The notes below the pieces were generated by a model. It was not told the DNA's origin. It did not search any database and saw nothing but the letters and a program-made list of their open reading frames with translations. Source: Octopus bimaculoides (Eukaryota). Taken from it: a stretch of DNA of 64,000 nucleotides. Position 1 is the stretch's first letter; every line of letters begins with the position of its first letter. Shown here piece after piece: positions 26,905-38,431 of the stretch. The DNA lies in assembly GCF_001194135.2 (NCBI RefSeq), contig NC_068984.1:116694386-116758385 (forward strand), read 5' to 3'. A program made the translations under genes and the position numbers.

Positions 26905-27090
26905 ATAACTGAAGAACCCCAATACTTCTTTTAAGTCTGGCACTTATTATGTCAGTCTCCTTTTGGCCGAACTGCTTCATTGCGAGGACATAAACAAATC
27001 AACATCGGTTCTCGATCGGTGAGAAAAACACAAACATACACAAAAACTCATACACACCGACATTGTCCGTCTGTCCACACACACACGTAA
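26905..27090 (-). mobile_element. SINE family B 3' fragment
   Basis: CTCCTTTTGGCCGAAC..ACATAAACAAATCAACATCGGTT resembles the reverse complement of the B 3' half. Confidence 0.55.
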
Positions 27091-28237
27091 GGTTTAATTT
27101 GTGTATACAAATTTAATTTGCGGTCCATGGGAAGAGCCGTTTTAACGATGCATCCTACCCAGCTCTTCGAAACGCCGGTGGTAAAACGGGGGTAGCTGAT
27201 GAAGGAAAATGTTCTCTATGTGGCTTGTGTGTTTTCTTGTCTACGTTTTGTTTGCAATGTCCTGTACCCAGATATGCACCTATACATACAGGTGGATGTC
27301 GGTATGCACATACCTGTACGTATATATGCATATACTCATTTACTATTTGTTTTTACATGACCGAACGCAGCGTCACCAATTTGTAAGTAGTTATCACAAC
27401 TTTATATTTTCCTACGCNNNNNNNNNNNNNNNNNNNNNNNNNNNNNNNNNNNNNNNNNNNNNNNNNNNNNNNNNNNNNNNNNNNNNNNNNNNNNNNNNNN
27501 NNNNNNNNNNNNNNNNNNNNNNNNNNNNNNNNNNNNNNNNNNNNNNNNNNNNNNNNNNNNNNNNNNNNNNNNNNNNNNNNNNNNNNNNNNNNNNNNNNNN
27601 NNNNNNNNNNNNNNNNNNNNNNNNNNNNNNNNNNNNNNNNNNNNNNNNNNNNNNNNNNNNNNNNNNNNNNNNNNNNNNNNNNNNNNNNNNNNNNNNNNNN
27701 NNNNNNNNNNNNNNNNNNNNNNNNNNNNNNNNNNNNNNNNNNNNNNNNNNNNNNNNNNNNNNNNNNNNNNNNNNNNNNNNNNNNNNNNNNNNNNNNNNNN
27801 NNNNNNNNNNNNNNNNNNNNNNNNNNNNNNNNNNNNNNNNNNNNNNNNNNNNNNNNNNNNNNNNNNNNNNNNNNNNNNNNNNNNNNNNNNNNNNNNNNNN
27901 NNNNNNNNNNNNNNNNNNNNNNNNNNNNNNNNNNNNNNNNNNNNNNNNNNNNNNNNNNNNNNNNNNNNNNNNNNNNNNNNNNNNNNNNNNNNNNNNNNNN
28001 NNNNNNNNNNNNNNNNNNNNNNNNNNNNNNNNNNNNNNNNNNNNNNNNNNNNNNNNNNNNNNNNNNNNNNNNNNNNNNNNNNNNNNNNNNNNNNNNNNNN
28101 NNNNNNNNNNNNNNNNNNNNNNNNNNNNNNNNNNNNNNNNNNNNNNNNNNNNNNNNNNNNNNNNNNNNNNNNNNNNNNNNNNNNNNNNNNNNNNNNNNNN
28201 NNNNNNNNNNNNNNNNNNNNNNNNNNNNNNNNNNNNN

Positions 28238-28267
<30 letters not shown>

Positions 28268-28269
<2 letters not shown>

Positions 28270-28415
28270 GATGGGCTTCTCCAGAGTTTCGATCTACAAC
28301 ATTCACTTAGAAGACTTTGGTCGACCCAGGGGTATACTAGAAAGTATTTTTCCAAGATGCCTCAAATGGAACTGAACCCGAAACCACGTGTCTGCAAAGT
28401 CATCTTCTTAACCTC
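28268..28415 (-). mobile_element. SINE family B 5' half, diverged
   Basis: ATGGGCTTCT..CTTTGGTCGACCCAGGGGTATACTAGAAAG..GGAACTGAACCCGAAACCACGTG. Confidence 0.65.
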
Positions 28416-28625
28416 GCAGGTATAACTACGCCAATGCAGTTTTTTGTGAACGTTATTCAGTATACTAGTACTTAACTGAATTATCTGATTTCATGCCATA
28501 AATCCACTTGAATTATTTTCTTTAATTCGCTTCTTTTGAGAGAAAATAGACAAACAGATATGCAATAAGATAAACACTGGAACACAGACGTCATACAAAG
28601 ACAACAATGGATAGATAGACATATA

Positions 28626-29675
28626 TTGGGTTGGAACAAAAGTTAAAGCCGTTTCTTTTTTTAAAGTAAAATTGAGAAACAGTATTTAGATATTTGAACA
28701 TTACTTTATTCAACCACATATGTTCCATTTCGCCCCACTACAATCGCCATATTGAGGCAGTTTCATATCCCATCCTCCCAGAACTTGGCTCATGAACTGG
28801 TGTCGGTGGTTTTCACAGTTGTTCAATAAATTGAATTAAGAGAATTACGTAGGGATCAAAATAAATGATAATCTGAAGATGCAAGATCAGGGGAATACGG
28901 TGAGTATGGTAGGGCATACCACCAATCTGTGCCAATTTCTGCTGGTTCTGCAATGAAACATGAGATCCAGCGTTGTCCTGAAGGGAGACGACACTCTTCC
29001 AAATGGCAAATTCTGAACACTTTTATCGATTATCTCCTTTCGTCGGTCTAATTTGGAACAATAATGGTTTTAATTCAACATCTGATTTCGCAGAGGGAAC
29101 TCATAATACACAATGCCCTTTCAATTTCACCAGATATAGTGCATCCCCTTCTTCAGATATCGACCGGGTTTTAGAGTGATTAAGGATGGTTCATTTCATT
29201 TTCTGCAGTATCTTTTTCGCTCCGTATTGCTATAAGCAATCAATTTTTCATTACCTGCGATTGTTCGCTTCAAAACTGAATTGTTTCGTTGTTTTTGAGC
29301 AGAGAATAGCAAATGGAAATGTAGTCCATGAAATTTTTTACTGCTAAATTATGAGGCACCCAAACATCATAGAGATTCACGTATCTAAGTATTTTTAAAT
29401 GCCTTATAACACTCATATGAGATATGTGGTGTAACTCTGCCATGTCTCGTGTCGTGTGACCGGGATTATTTCTTTTTATTAGCGTTTCGATTTGCTCATC
29501 ATAAACGACTGTAGGCATGCTTGAACGTTCACGGCTTTCCAAATCAAAATTTTTACTCCTAAACCTAGCGATCACCGACAAACAGCCCGCTTATCTCAAG
29601 CTGCACGTATCTTTTTTGTTGTTTGTACCGTGTTTTTCTTTCGTTTTGATAATAGAAGAGCATCAAGTAGCAAAA
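28626..29675 (-). mobile_element. Second mariner (DD34D-type) relic, heavily decayed
   Basis: TA|TTGGGTTGGAACAAAAGTT TIR at 28624; minus-strand fragments YLMLFYYQ.., ARFRSKNFDLE..TTRDMAE..VWVPHNL, QDNAGSH, PYSPDLASSDYHLF and RNGTYVVE* (stop near 28706). The N-terminus is interrupted near 29676. Confidence 0.88.
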
Positions 29676-29882
29676 TATATATATAGATGTACTTGCACAG
29701 CAAGTGACCTGATCTGAGATCGTGTGCTGGAACGAAAACAATTGTAGCGTGGAAGGGTGTTTATAAGCCATTTAAGAAACACACAAAAACCGTTAGATTC
29801 ACTTCAACATTTAAATTTAATTTGCCAAAATATTTTCGTCGCTTTGAGACCGCGACCTGTTCACTGACAAAATTCCGTGTGT
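29676..29882. mobile_element. Unclassified ~200-bp repeat carrying a hammerhead-like motif (Penelope pLTR/retrozyme-like)
   Basis: Interrupts the mariner next to a TA tract and contains the motif at 29821-29871; the class assignment is inference. Confidence 0.45.
29821..29871 (-). ncRNA. Candidate minimal type I hammerhead ribozyme with G3:C8 core variant
   Basis: UUUGUCA-GUGAACA-G-GUCGC(ggucucaaa)GCGAC-GAAA-AUAUU-U-UGGCAAA: 7-bp stem I, 5-bp stem II, palindromic AAUAUU in place of stem III. Confidence 0.55.
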
Positions 29883-30370
29883 NNNNNNNNNNNNNNNNNN
29901 NNNNNNNNNNNNNNNNNNNNNNNNNNNNNNNNNNNNNNNNNNNNNNNNNNNNNNNNNNNNNNNNNNNNNNNNNNNNNNNNNNNNNNNNNNNNNNNNNNNN
30001 NNNNNNNNNNNNNNNNNNNNNNNNNNNNNNNNNNNNNNNNNNNNNNNNNNNNNNNNNNNNNNNNNNNNNNNNNNNNNNNNNNNNNNNNNNNNNNNNNNNN
30101 NNNNNNNNNNNNNNNNNNNNNNNNNNNNNNNNNNNNNNNNNNNNNNNNNNNNNNNNNNNNNNNNNNNNNNNNNNNNNNNNNNNNNNNNNNNNNNNNNNNN
30201 NNNNNNNNNNNNNNNNNNNNNNNNNNNNNNNNNNNNNNNNNNNNNNNNNNNNNNNNNNNNNNNNNNNNNNNNNNNNNNNNNNNNNNNNNNNNNNNNNNNN
30301 NNNNNNNNNNNNNNNNNNNNNNNNNNNNNNNNNNNNNNNNNNNNNNNNNNNNNNNNNNNNNNNNNNNNNN

Positions 30371-30408
<38 letters not shown>

Positions 30409-30796
30409 CGCATACATGCATACATCCATACACTCATGTGTATACTCACACATTCACACACACACATACACATATATATATATGGATGTATTTATACATG
30501 AGAGTAAGAGACGCAATAGATACAGAATGACCTAGATAGTTCACACGGCTTCCAATGAATAAAACAATTTGTTTCCTGCGAAATTTTTATGATAAATTTC
30601 CTGACATTCAATTCACCCCACTTCCCAGTTTCATCTTGCATCCAACTGCCACGATTAGTTTTATCTCCTATATACATCTGTATCACTAATTTCAACGCCC
30701 ACCTGCACTAACATCGCTTCCAGTTCTGTCCTCTTTGCTTCTAATACAAGCATTAACCTTATCTGCAAGCTTATAGTTTAATTGTATTCTTATACC

Positions 30797-30832
<36 letters not shown>

Positions 30833-32243
30833 TGAGATACAAGTCTGCACTTGTATACATGCACATATGCATATATATATATACACGCATAAAAATATGT
30901 ATGTATATGCATATATGTATATATATACGCATAAATATATGTATGTATATGCATATATATATATATATATATATANNNNNNNNNNNNNNNNNNNNNNNNN
31001 NNNNNNNNNNNNNNNNNNNNNNNNNNNNNNNNNNNNNNNNNNNNNNNNNNNNNNNNNNNNNNNNNNNNNNNNNNNNNNNNNNNNNNNNNNNNNNNNNNNN
31101 NNNNNNNNNNNNNNNNNNNNNNNNNNNNNNNNNNNNNNNNNNNNNNNNNNNNNNNNNNNNNNNNNNNNNNNNNNNNNNNNNNNNNNNNNNNNNNNNNNNN
31201 NNNNNNNNNNNNNNNNNNNNNNNNNNNNNNNNNNNNNNNNNNNNNNNNNNNNNNNNNNNNNNNNNNNNNNNNNNNNNNNNNNNNNNNNNNNNNNNNNNNN
31301 NNNNNNNNNNNNNNNNNNNNNNNNNNNNNNNNNNNNNNNNNNNNNNNNNNNNNNNNNNNNNNNNNNNNNNNNNNNNNNNNNNNNNNNNNNNNNNNNNNNN
31401 NNNNNNNNNNNNNNNNNNNNNNNNNNNNNNNNNNNNNNNNNNNNNNNNNNNNNNNNNNNNNNNNNNNNNNNNNNNNNNNNNNNNNNNNNNNNNNNNNNNN
31501 NNNNNNNNNNNNNNNNNNNNNNNNNNNNNNNNNNNNNNNNNNNNNNNNNNNNNNNNNNNNNNNNNNNNNNNNNNNNNNNNNNNNNNNNNNNNNNNNNNNN
31601 NNNNNNNNNNNNNNNNNNNNNNNNNNNNNTATATATATATATATGTATACATAAATACATGCATATAGGTCCTCTCTCTCTCACACACACTCATTTTATA
31701 TGTGTACGCATACATATATGAATGTATACATACGCATGCATATTTTTTCCGGTGAATTTATTCACAGACTTGCAAAATATACACCTATACATAAGCACAA
31801 ACGTACGTACGCACATGCATACACGCCTATGTGTGTCTTGACATATCGGCTATATAACTAACTGCCTCAGCACAAATCTTGAGCAGCTTGAATGAGCTTC
31901 ACAAAACCAGAAAGGTGACGATTATTTAGAATATTTCAATTGCTAATTGTTTACTTAATTGTCAAAATATGTAAAATATTTAAGAAATTTTACCAATGAT
32001 GTGTATGCACGTGTTTTGTGTATGTGTATCCATAGAGACACCGCACGCGCAAACACACGCGAAATACACACACACACGTGGAAAATGGCCATCTGCGAAC
32101 GATATTCCACGTATAGACACCACTGAAAAGTTACGATGCTGTGGCTTTGTCTGAGAGAAAAGTTGCTTTGAGAGACGGATCTTAAAAGCAAAATATATAA
32201 CGGAGTGTGGCGAACATTTTCCCTGTAGTAACTCACGTGAGCG

Positions 32244-32280
32244 TTAGACGCATTTCAGCCTTTTTGGGCTTTATCAGTGA
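32244..32280 (-). ncRNA. Degenerate minimal type I hammerhead ribozyme
   Basis: TCA-CTGATAA-AGCC(CAAAAA)GGCT-GAAA-TGCGTC-TAA; three transitions from the canonical TCA-CTGATGA...GAAACGCGTC-TGA pattern. Confidence 0.55.
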
Positions 32281-32430
32281 CCACCTGCTTAGAAGAAATC
32301 TCTCCATTTCGATATACAGAGAACAGTAAATAATACTTTCACTGTCATTGTGGGAAAAATGCCCAAGCTGGAGAAAACTCGGTGTACTCTGTTGAAATAG
32401 CATCAAATCACAATAGCCATCAATGTATCA

Positions 32431-32585
32431 TACATAACGTATATACACTATTGAATACGATTTATGTATATACATAACGTATATACACTATTGAATACGA
32501 TTTATGTATATACATAACGTATATACACTATTGAATACGATTTATGTATATACATAACGTATATACACTATTGAATACGATTTAT
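32431..32585. repeat. 40-bp minisatellite, ~3.9 identical copies
   Basis: Unit TACATAACGTATATACACTATTGAATACGATTTATGTATA. Confidence 0.97.
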
Positions 32586-34208
32586 TGTGTATGGGTTTAA
32601 TTGTGTTTGCATATATGTTTCCACAACAACTGTATCTTTTCCTTTATGAGTTATAACTTCCTCCTACTATATTCTCCCTACTATATTTTATTCTCTCATC
32701 GTAACTATATACCAAAATGGCTCTTCAAGGTATTGTTCTCTGCAACCTCGCTATCTCATTCAGTCATCGTAATTGTATCTCTATAGATATGCTGTTATTC
32801 AAACAATTCTATTGTACCAGATATTGCATTTATTTGTCTTCCTGTCCATACTCTGATTTTTAGAGTCATCTTGTTTTATCACCTTCTCACAGAACCTTCA
32901 TGTTTAGTTGTTTCTCTGCTTTCCACAATCAACATTTCGGCTTGATTTTCTCGCTATAACACGAACAAGTAATGTGACGAAAGTCACATTATACTCAACA
33001 CTCCTCGCTGCAAAACTCTTTTCCATTCTTCTGAACTTCATATTGATTGGTTTTTACTCATGCAGATTATCAATAATTTCCAAGAAATCCAAGAAACCAA
33101 GAATTTATTACCGAAAGAACGAATAATAGGATGTGCAAAAACGTTAAAAACAAAAATTAAAATAAAAGAATTAAAATCCTGACATTTGCGTTTCCTAATA
33201 ATTGATTATAACTAAGATTCGGCTAAGTTAAAATATCATTGATGTTGAAGATTAGCGTACCAAAATAACTACAAGATGCTTTCAGTATTGAATAGTTTTT
33301 GTTCTTTAAACACCGGAATTATGTTCATTAGCTTCTTTCTTTGAATATAAACACACACTCTATCACACACGCACGCACCCATACCTACGCACGCCGCGCA
33401 CATATATGCATGTATGTATGTATGTTATCAATCAGTTTCATTTCTGTATTTCTTGTCCATAGAGAAAGAGCCGGACTCTAACATAGATTCAAGGCTCCTT
33501 CATTGGAACTTTTATCAACATCATCTAGGTATTTGTGCATATGTGTGTGTGTGCAGTATTTGGTGTTAGTGTATGCGCAGATTTGTATGTTTGTTTTATG
33601 GATGCGTTTTGATGTCTAGATGCATGCATATGTATTCATGTGCTAAATTTTTGGAAAGTTTTACATATCTTTACAGTTCCANNNNNNNNNNNNNNNNNNN
33701 NNNNNNNNNNNNNNNNNNNNNNNNNNNNNNNNNNNNNNNNNNNNNNNNNNNNNNNNNNNNNNNNNNNNNNNNNNNNNNNNNNNNNNNNNNNNNNNNNNNN
33801 NNNNNNNNNNNNNNNNNNNNNNNNNNNNNNNNNNNNNNNNNNNNNNNNNNNNNNNNNNNNNNNNNNNNNNNNNNNNNNNNNNNNNNNNNNNNNNNNNNNN
33901 NNNNNNNNNNNNNNNNNNNNNNNNNNNNNNNNNNNNNNNNNNNNNNNNNNNNNNNNNNNNNNNNNNNNNNNNNNNNNNNNNNNNNNNNNNNNNNNNNNNN
34001 NNNNNNNNNNNNNNNNNNNNNNNNNNNNNNNNNNNNNNNNNNNNNNNNNNNNNNNNNNNNNNNNNNNNNNNNNNNNNNNNNNNNNNNNNNNNNNNNNNNN
34101 NNNNNNNNNNNNNNNNNNNNNNNNNNNNNNNNNNNNNNNNNNNNNNNNNNNNNNNNNNNNNNNNNNNNNNNNNNNNNNNNNNNNNNNNNNNNNNNNNNNN
34201 NNNNNNNN

Positions 34209-34395
34209 CACTGCTTGACAACCGGTGTTGGTGTATTTGCGTCCCCATAACTAGTAGTTCGGCAAAAGAGACTGATAGAATAAGTACCAGGTTTTAAAAA
34301 AAAAGTACTAGGATCGATTCATTCGGCTAAAACATCATGGTGGTGCCCCAGCATGGCCGCAGTCTAATGACTGAAACAAATAAAAAAATAAAAGA
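34209..34395 (+). mobile_element. SINE family B 3' half
   Basis: GCTTGACAACCGGTGTTGG..GGCAAAAGAGACTGATAGAATAAGTACC..CAGCATGGCCGCAGTCTAATGACTGAAAC. Confidence 0.85.
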
Positions 34396-34825
34396 ATATG
34401 CACATCTATTCTAGAAACAGCTGTAAATGACTTCATGCATAACTTCTTAATCCCTTACCCTTATTTACTCTAACAACTCTGCAATTATGTTTGAATTATA
34501 CATTACTTGCTCTAAGGAGATAATACATGTTTTGCTTGTCCACGCGCACTCACACACAAACAAACAAATAAACACAAACACAAACGCAGGCACGCACACA
34601 AACATACACACACACGTACATATATTTAGAATGTTGTCTGTTATGTGCCTCCGCCAGATGAGGTTGACGAGTCACCTATACAGCTAAGCCCTTTATAAGT
34701 GCTAAACCAATAGTCATTCTCTGACCGGCCATAACAAACAACCTTTTAAATATGGTTACTTTAATGTTTTTAGAGTCTGCATCGTTTCGGATATATGAAG
34801 TACTGACTTATATATAACGATAAAC

Positions 34826-34890
34826 GTCGCCCTTTCAAAGCCTAGCCAGGCTCATGGGCCCGGTTTCCCGGTTTCTATGGCGTATGTGTT
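34826..34890 (-). mobile_element. SINE family D-like 3' end (rest in gap)
   Basis: GGGCCCGGTTTCCCGGTTTCTATGG resembles GGGCCGTTTTTCCGGTTTCCATGG at ~17690. Confidence 0.55.
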
Positions 34891-35241
34891 NNNNNNNNNN
34901 NNNNNNNNNNNNNNNNNNNNNNNNNNNNNNNNNNNNNNNNNNNNNNNNNNNNNNNNNNNNNNNNNNNNNNNNNNNNNNNNNNNNNNNNNNNNNNNNNNNN
35001 NNNNNNNNNNNNNNNNNNNNNNNNNNNNNNNNNNNNNNNNNNNNNNNNNNNNNNNNNNNNNNNNNNNNNNNNNNNNNNNNNNNNNNNNNNNNNNNNNNNN
35101 NNNNNNNNNNNNNNNNNNNNNNNNNNNNNNNNNNNNNNNNNNNNNNNNNNNNNNNNNNNNNNNNNNNNNNNNNNNNNNNNNNNNNNNNNNNNNNNNNNNN
35201 NNNNNNNNNNNNNNNNNNNNNNNNNNNNNNNNNNNNNNNNN

Positions 35242-35285
<44 letters not shown>

Positions 35286-35938
35286 CATACATACTCTCTC
35301 TCTCTCTCTTTCACACACACACACACATGTATGTGTCACATGCATTTCACCAACGTTTTATGAACTGCAATAGGAATATCGCCAGTCACTACTGATCTTC
35401 ATGCATTCTCAGTAAATACATTGAGTCGTTTTGATTACATACCAATAAGATAAGCTCAAAGCCAATGTAGGGTATCTCAGAAGAACTAATTAATAGTTAC
35501 ATAAAAGAATCTGGGAGGAAATGATGCGATGACGCATAAGAGTTAGATGAGAATTTCAAAACATTCTTATTTCTTTATGCAACCAATATGCTTTTAATTC
35601 TTTATGTATATCACTGTTTTGCTGTTTTTAAATTAAGAATATGATATTCATTTATTTTTATTATATAAAAAGTTTATTTTAATATCTATTGATTTTCTGT
35701 TCTGCGTATAGATTTTTTAAAAATATGTTTGAATATATTCATCGCTATAATATGAATATAAACAACTAACGCTTCAGTACATATGTTTATATTTAAAGAA
35801 GGTAAATTTATTTAATTAGGAAAATATTCAAAGAACGAAATATTTGATAATGAAAATATTTCATTATTAATAAGTACGCTAATATCGATGAAAGTTTGCC
35901 GGTATTCTACTACCTGATTCGCCGTTGTTTTTCAAATA

Positions 35939-36141
35939 CAGTAATCCCTCGACTATCGCGGTTGTTACGATCCAGAACCTCTGACAGAAATAATTAAATT
36001 CTAAAAAATTTAAATACCTATCAACCGCAGAGACCTGGCTATACTGAGGAGCCCGCGATATAAATTTACATGTATTTGCCAGAAAAATCGCGATGTACTG
36101 AGTGCGCGATAGGTGAACCGCGATACGGCGAATCATTACTG
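35939..36141. mobile_element. Pogo/Tigger-type MITE
   Basis: TA|CAGTAATCCCTCGACTATCGCGGTT ... AACCGCGATACGGCGAATCATTACTG imperfect ~25-bp TIRs; repeated CGCGAT motifs. Confidence 0.75.
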
Positions 36142-36207
36142 TTTAGAAGGACTGGTTAAAATTTCAGCGGTTGGGAAGATTTGAGCTGCTTATCACTTAG
36201 TACGGAT

Positions 36208-36411
36208 TGGCACAAGGCCAGCAAGATCAGGAGATGGAGTAAGTCGATTACATCGAACCCAGCGCTGAACTAGGTACTTATTTTATCGACACCGAAAAGA
36301 TGAAAGGTAAAGACGACATCAGCGCGGAATTTGGACTCAGAACATAAAGACGGACGAAATGCCGCTAAGCATTTTGTTGCCCGGCGTGCTAACGATTCTG
36401 CCAGCCGGCCT
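36208..36411 (-). mobile_element. SINE family C
   Basis: Reverse complement of family C from head (GATTCTGCCAGCC) to tail (TTGGCACAAGGCCAGCA). Confidence 0.85.
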
Positions 36412-36420
36412 TTTATATAT

Positions 36421-36465
<45 letters not shown>

Positions 36466-37013
36466 GTTAAAAAAAACNNNNNNNNNNNNNNNNNNNNNNN
36501 NNNNNNNNNNNNNNNNNNNNNNNNNNNNNNNNNNNNNNNNNNNNNNNNNNNNNNNNNNNNNNNNNNNNNNNNNNNNNNNNNNNNNNNNNNNNNNNNNNNN
36601 NNNNNNNNNNNNNNNNNNNNNNNNNNNNNNNNNNNNNNNNNNNNNNNNNNNNNNNNNNNNNNNNNNNNNNNNNNNNNNNNNNNNNNNNNNNNNNNNNNNN
36701 NNNNNNNNNNNNNNNNNNNNNNNNNNNNNNNNNNNNNNNNNNNNNNNNNNNNNNNNNNNNNNNNNNNNNNNNNNNNNNNNNNNNNNNNNNNNNAAGAAAT
36801 TAGTAGCAGGACTGGTTAGTGGACGCTATAGACAGTGTGGGTAGAAGGTCAACAGGTGGTTATTTGAGTGTGTGTGTGTTCGTGTTTGTGTGGGGTTGTA
36901 GGTGTTGGGTACGTGTACGTGTGTGTGTGTATTTTGTATGCGCGCGTGTGTGTATGTGTATGTTTTCTGTGCGTGCGTGTGTGTTTGTGTGTATGTGTAT
37001 GTTGTGTACGTGT

Positions 37014-38152
37014 GGGGTTGGACAAAATAATGGAAATAATTCAAAGAAATTTATGGGGTAGGACCGCCTTTGGCAGTAGTTACAGCTTGAATCCTATGAG
37101 GTATGCAGCATAAATGTTCAATAATATTGAGATCTGGGGGACTGTGGTGGCCAGATAAGATGTTCAACTTTACTAGAATGTACCTCGTGCTATTCAGTAA
37201 CAACTTTAGCTGTGTGAATTGGTGCATTATCATCATGAAAAATTGCGTTTCCATCCGGAAACAGTTCTGCAACCATAGGATGAATTTGATCAGATAAAAT
37301 GCTTAAATAGTATTGACTATTAATTCTGCCATGAAGGGAAACCATCGGGCCGGCGGATTTCCAAGATATAGCCCCACCACCAGATTATCACAGATCCTCT
37401 TCCATGTTTTATAGTTGGAAGAAGGTAGTCTGGGTCAAATGATTCTTTTGGCTGTCTCCACGCGTATACTCGACCGGTGGTCGGAAAAAGGCAAAGAATG
37501 ATTCGTTCGAGAAAATAACATTCTTCTACTGCTCTAGGGACCAACTTTGAATGCTTTGCAACGTTTGTTTTTGAAAGTAGTGGTTTTCTGATTGCAGCCC
37601 TCCCGTGAAATCCGGCTTTGTGCAGCTCCCGGCGAACAGTTATTGAGGAAACTGGGTTCTCGAGGTGGTCGTTAAGCTCTGCAGTAATTTTGGGAGCTGT
37701 ACTTTTGTGATCCTTTCTAACAATTCGCGTAAGAGTCCGACGGTCCCTCTCTGAAACTTTTGGTTTTCTTCCGGAATTTTGTTTCGACGAGGAGGTTTTT
37801 CCTTCTTTCTCAAAGAGGGAGAAACCTCCTCATCGAAACTCTGTCATTACTTTCGAGACAGTACTTCTTGCTACACCAAATATTTCGGTTGTTTTCGTTA
37901 CGCTAGCGCCTGCCATACGTGCACCAACAATTTGACCTCTTTGAAAGTCCGATAGACCTGTCATTTTAATGAATTTTAATTACCTTTTTCCGTTGATATT
38001 TGAAAAGAAACAGCAATTTTAGCAAAACGTATTATGCGACACTTATAATAAAGTAAAAAAATATAAAAATAAACAAACTTTTCACGGTTTTATAGATACT
38101 TCAAAATTATGATGCTGTGATGCTAGGTGTTTCCATTATTTTGTCCAACCCC
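37014..38152 (-). mobile_element. Tc1-like transposon relic with DD36E-spaced catalytic triad
   Basis: Perfect 23-bp TIRs GGGGTTGGACAAAATAATGGAAA (37014-37036 / 38130-38152); minus-strand VIFSNES, HDDNAPIHTAKVVTE*HEVHSSKVEHLIWPPQSP/DLNIIE, RIQAVTTAKGGPTP*. Confidence 0.92.
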
Positions 38153-38331
38153 TGTTTACACACATACATGCACATGCACACACACATACACACACGCACA
38201 CACACACACATACACACACACATACACATACACATACACACACACATACACACACACAAATACATATATAAATATATATATATATATATATACATGTGTG
38301 TGCGTGTGTGTGCATGTATGTGCGCTTGTGC

Positions 38332-38368
<37 letters not shown>

Positions 38369-38431
38369 ATCCACTTAACCTAGAGTCTTAGATCTCGCAC
38401 CAAGTACCAATAATATATATATGTAAATATA

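Noticed and set aside
29704-29750. Second hammerhead-like string CTGATCTGA..GAAAACAATTGT on the plus strand
   Set aside because: It needs two core insertions, has a mismatched stem II and has no clear stem I.
30692-30752. Possible 60-bp minus-strand exon (DKVNACIRSKEDRTGSDVSA)
   Set aside because: The polypyrimidine tract is poor, the donor is weak, and there is no homology.
32431-32585. Regular 40-bp repeat as a CRISPR array (also the 21-bp repeat at 38958)
   Set aside because: The units are contiguous with no spacers, there are no cas genes, and the context is eukaryotic.
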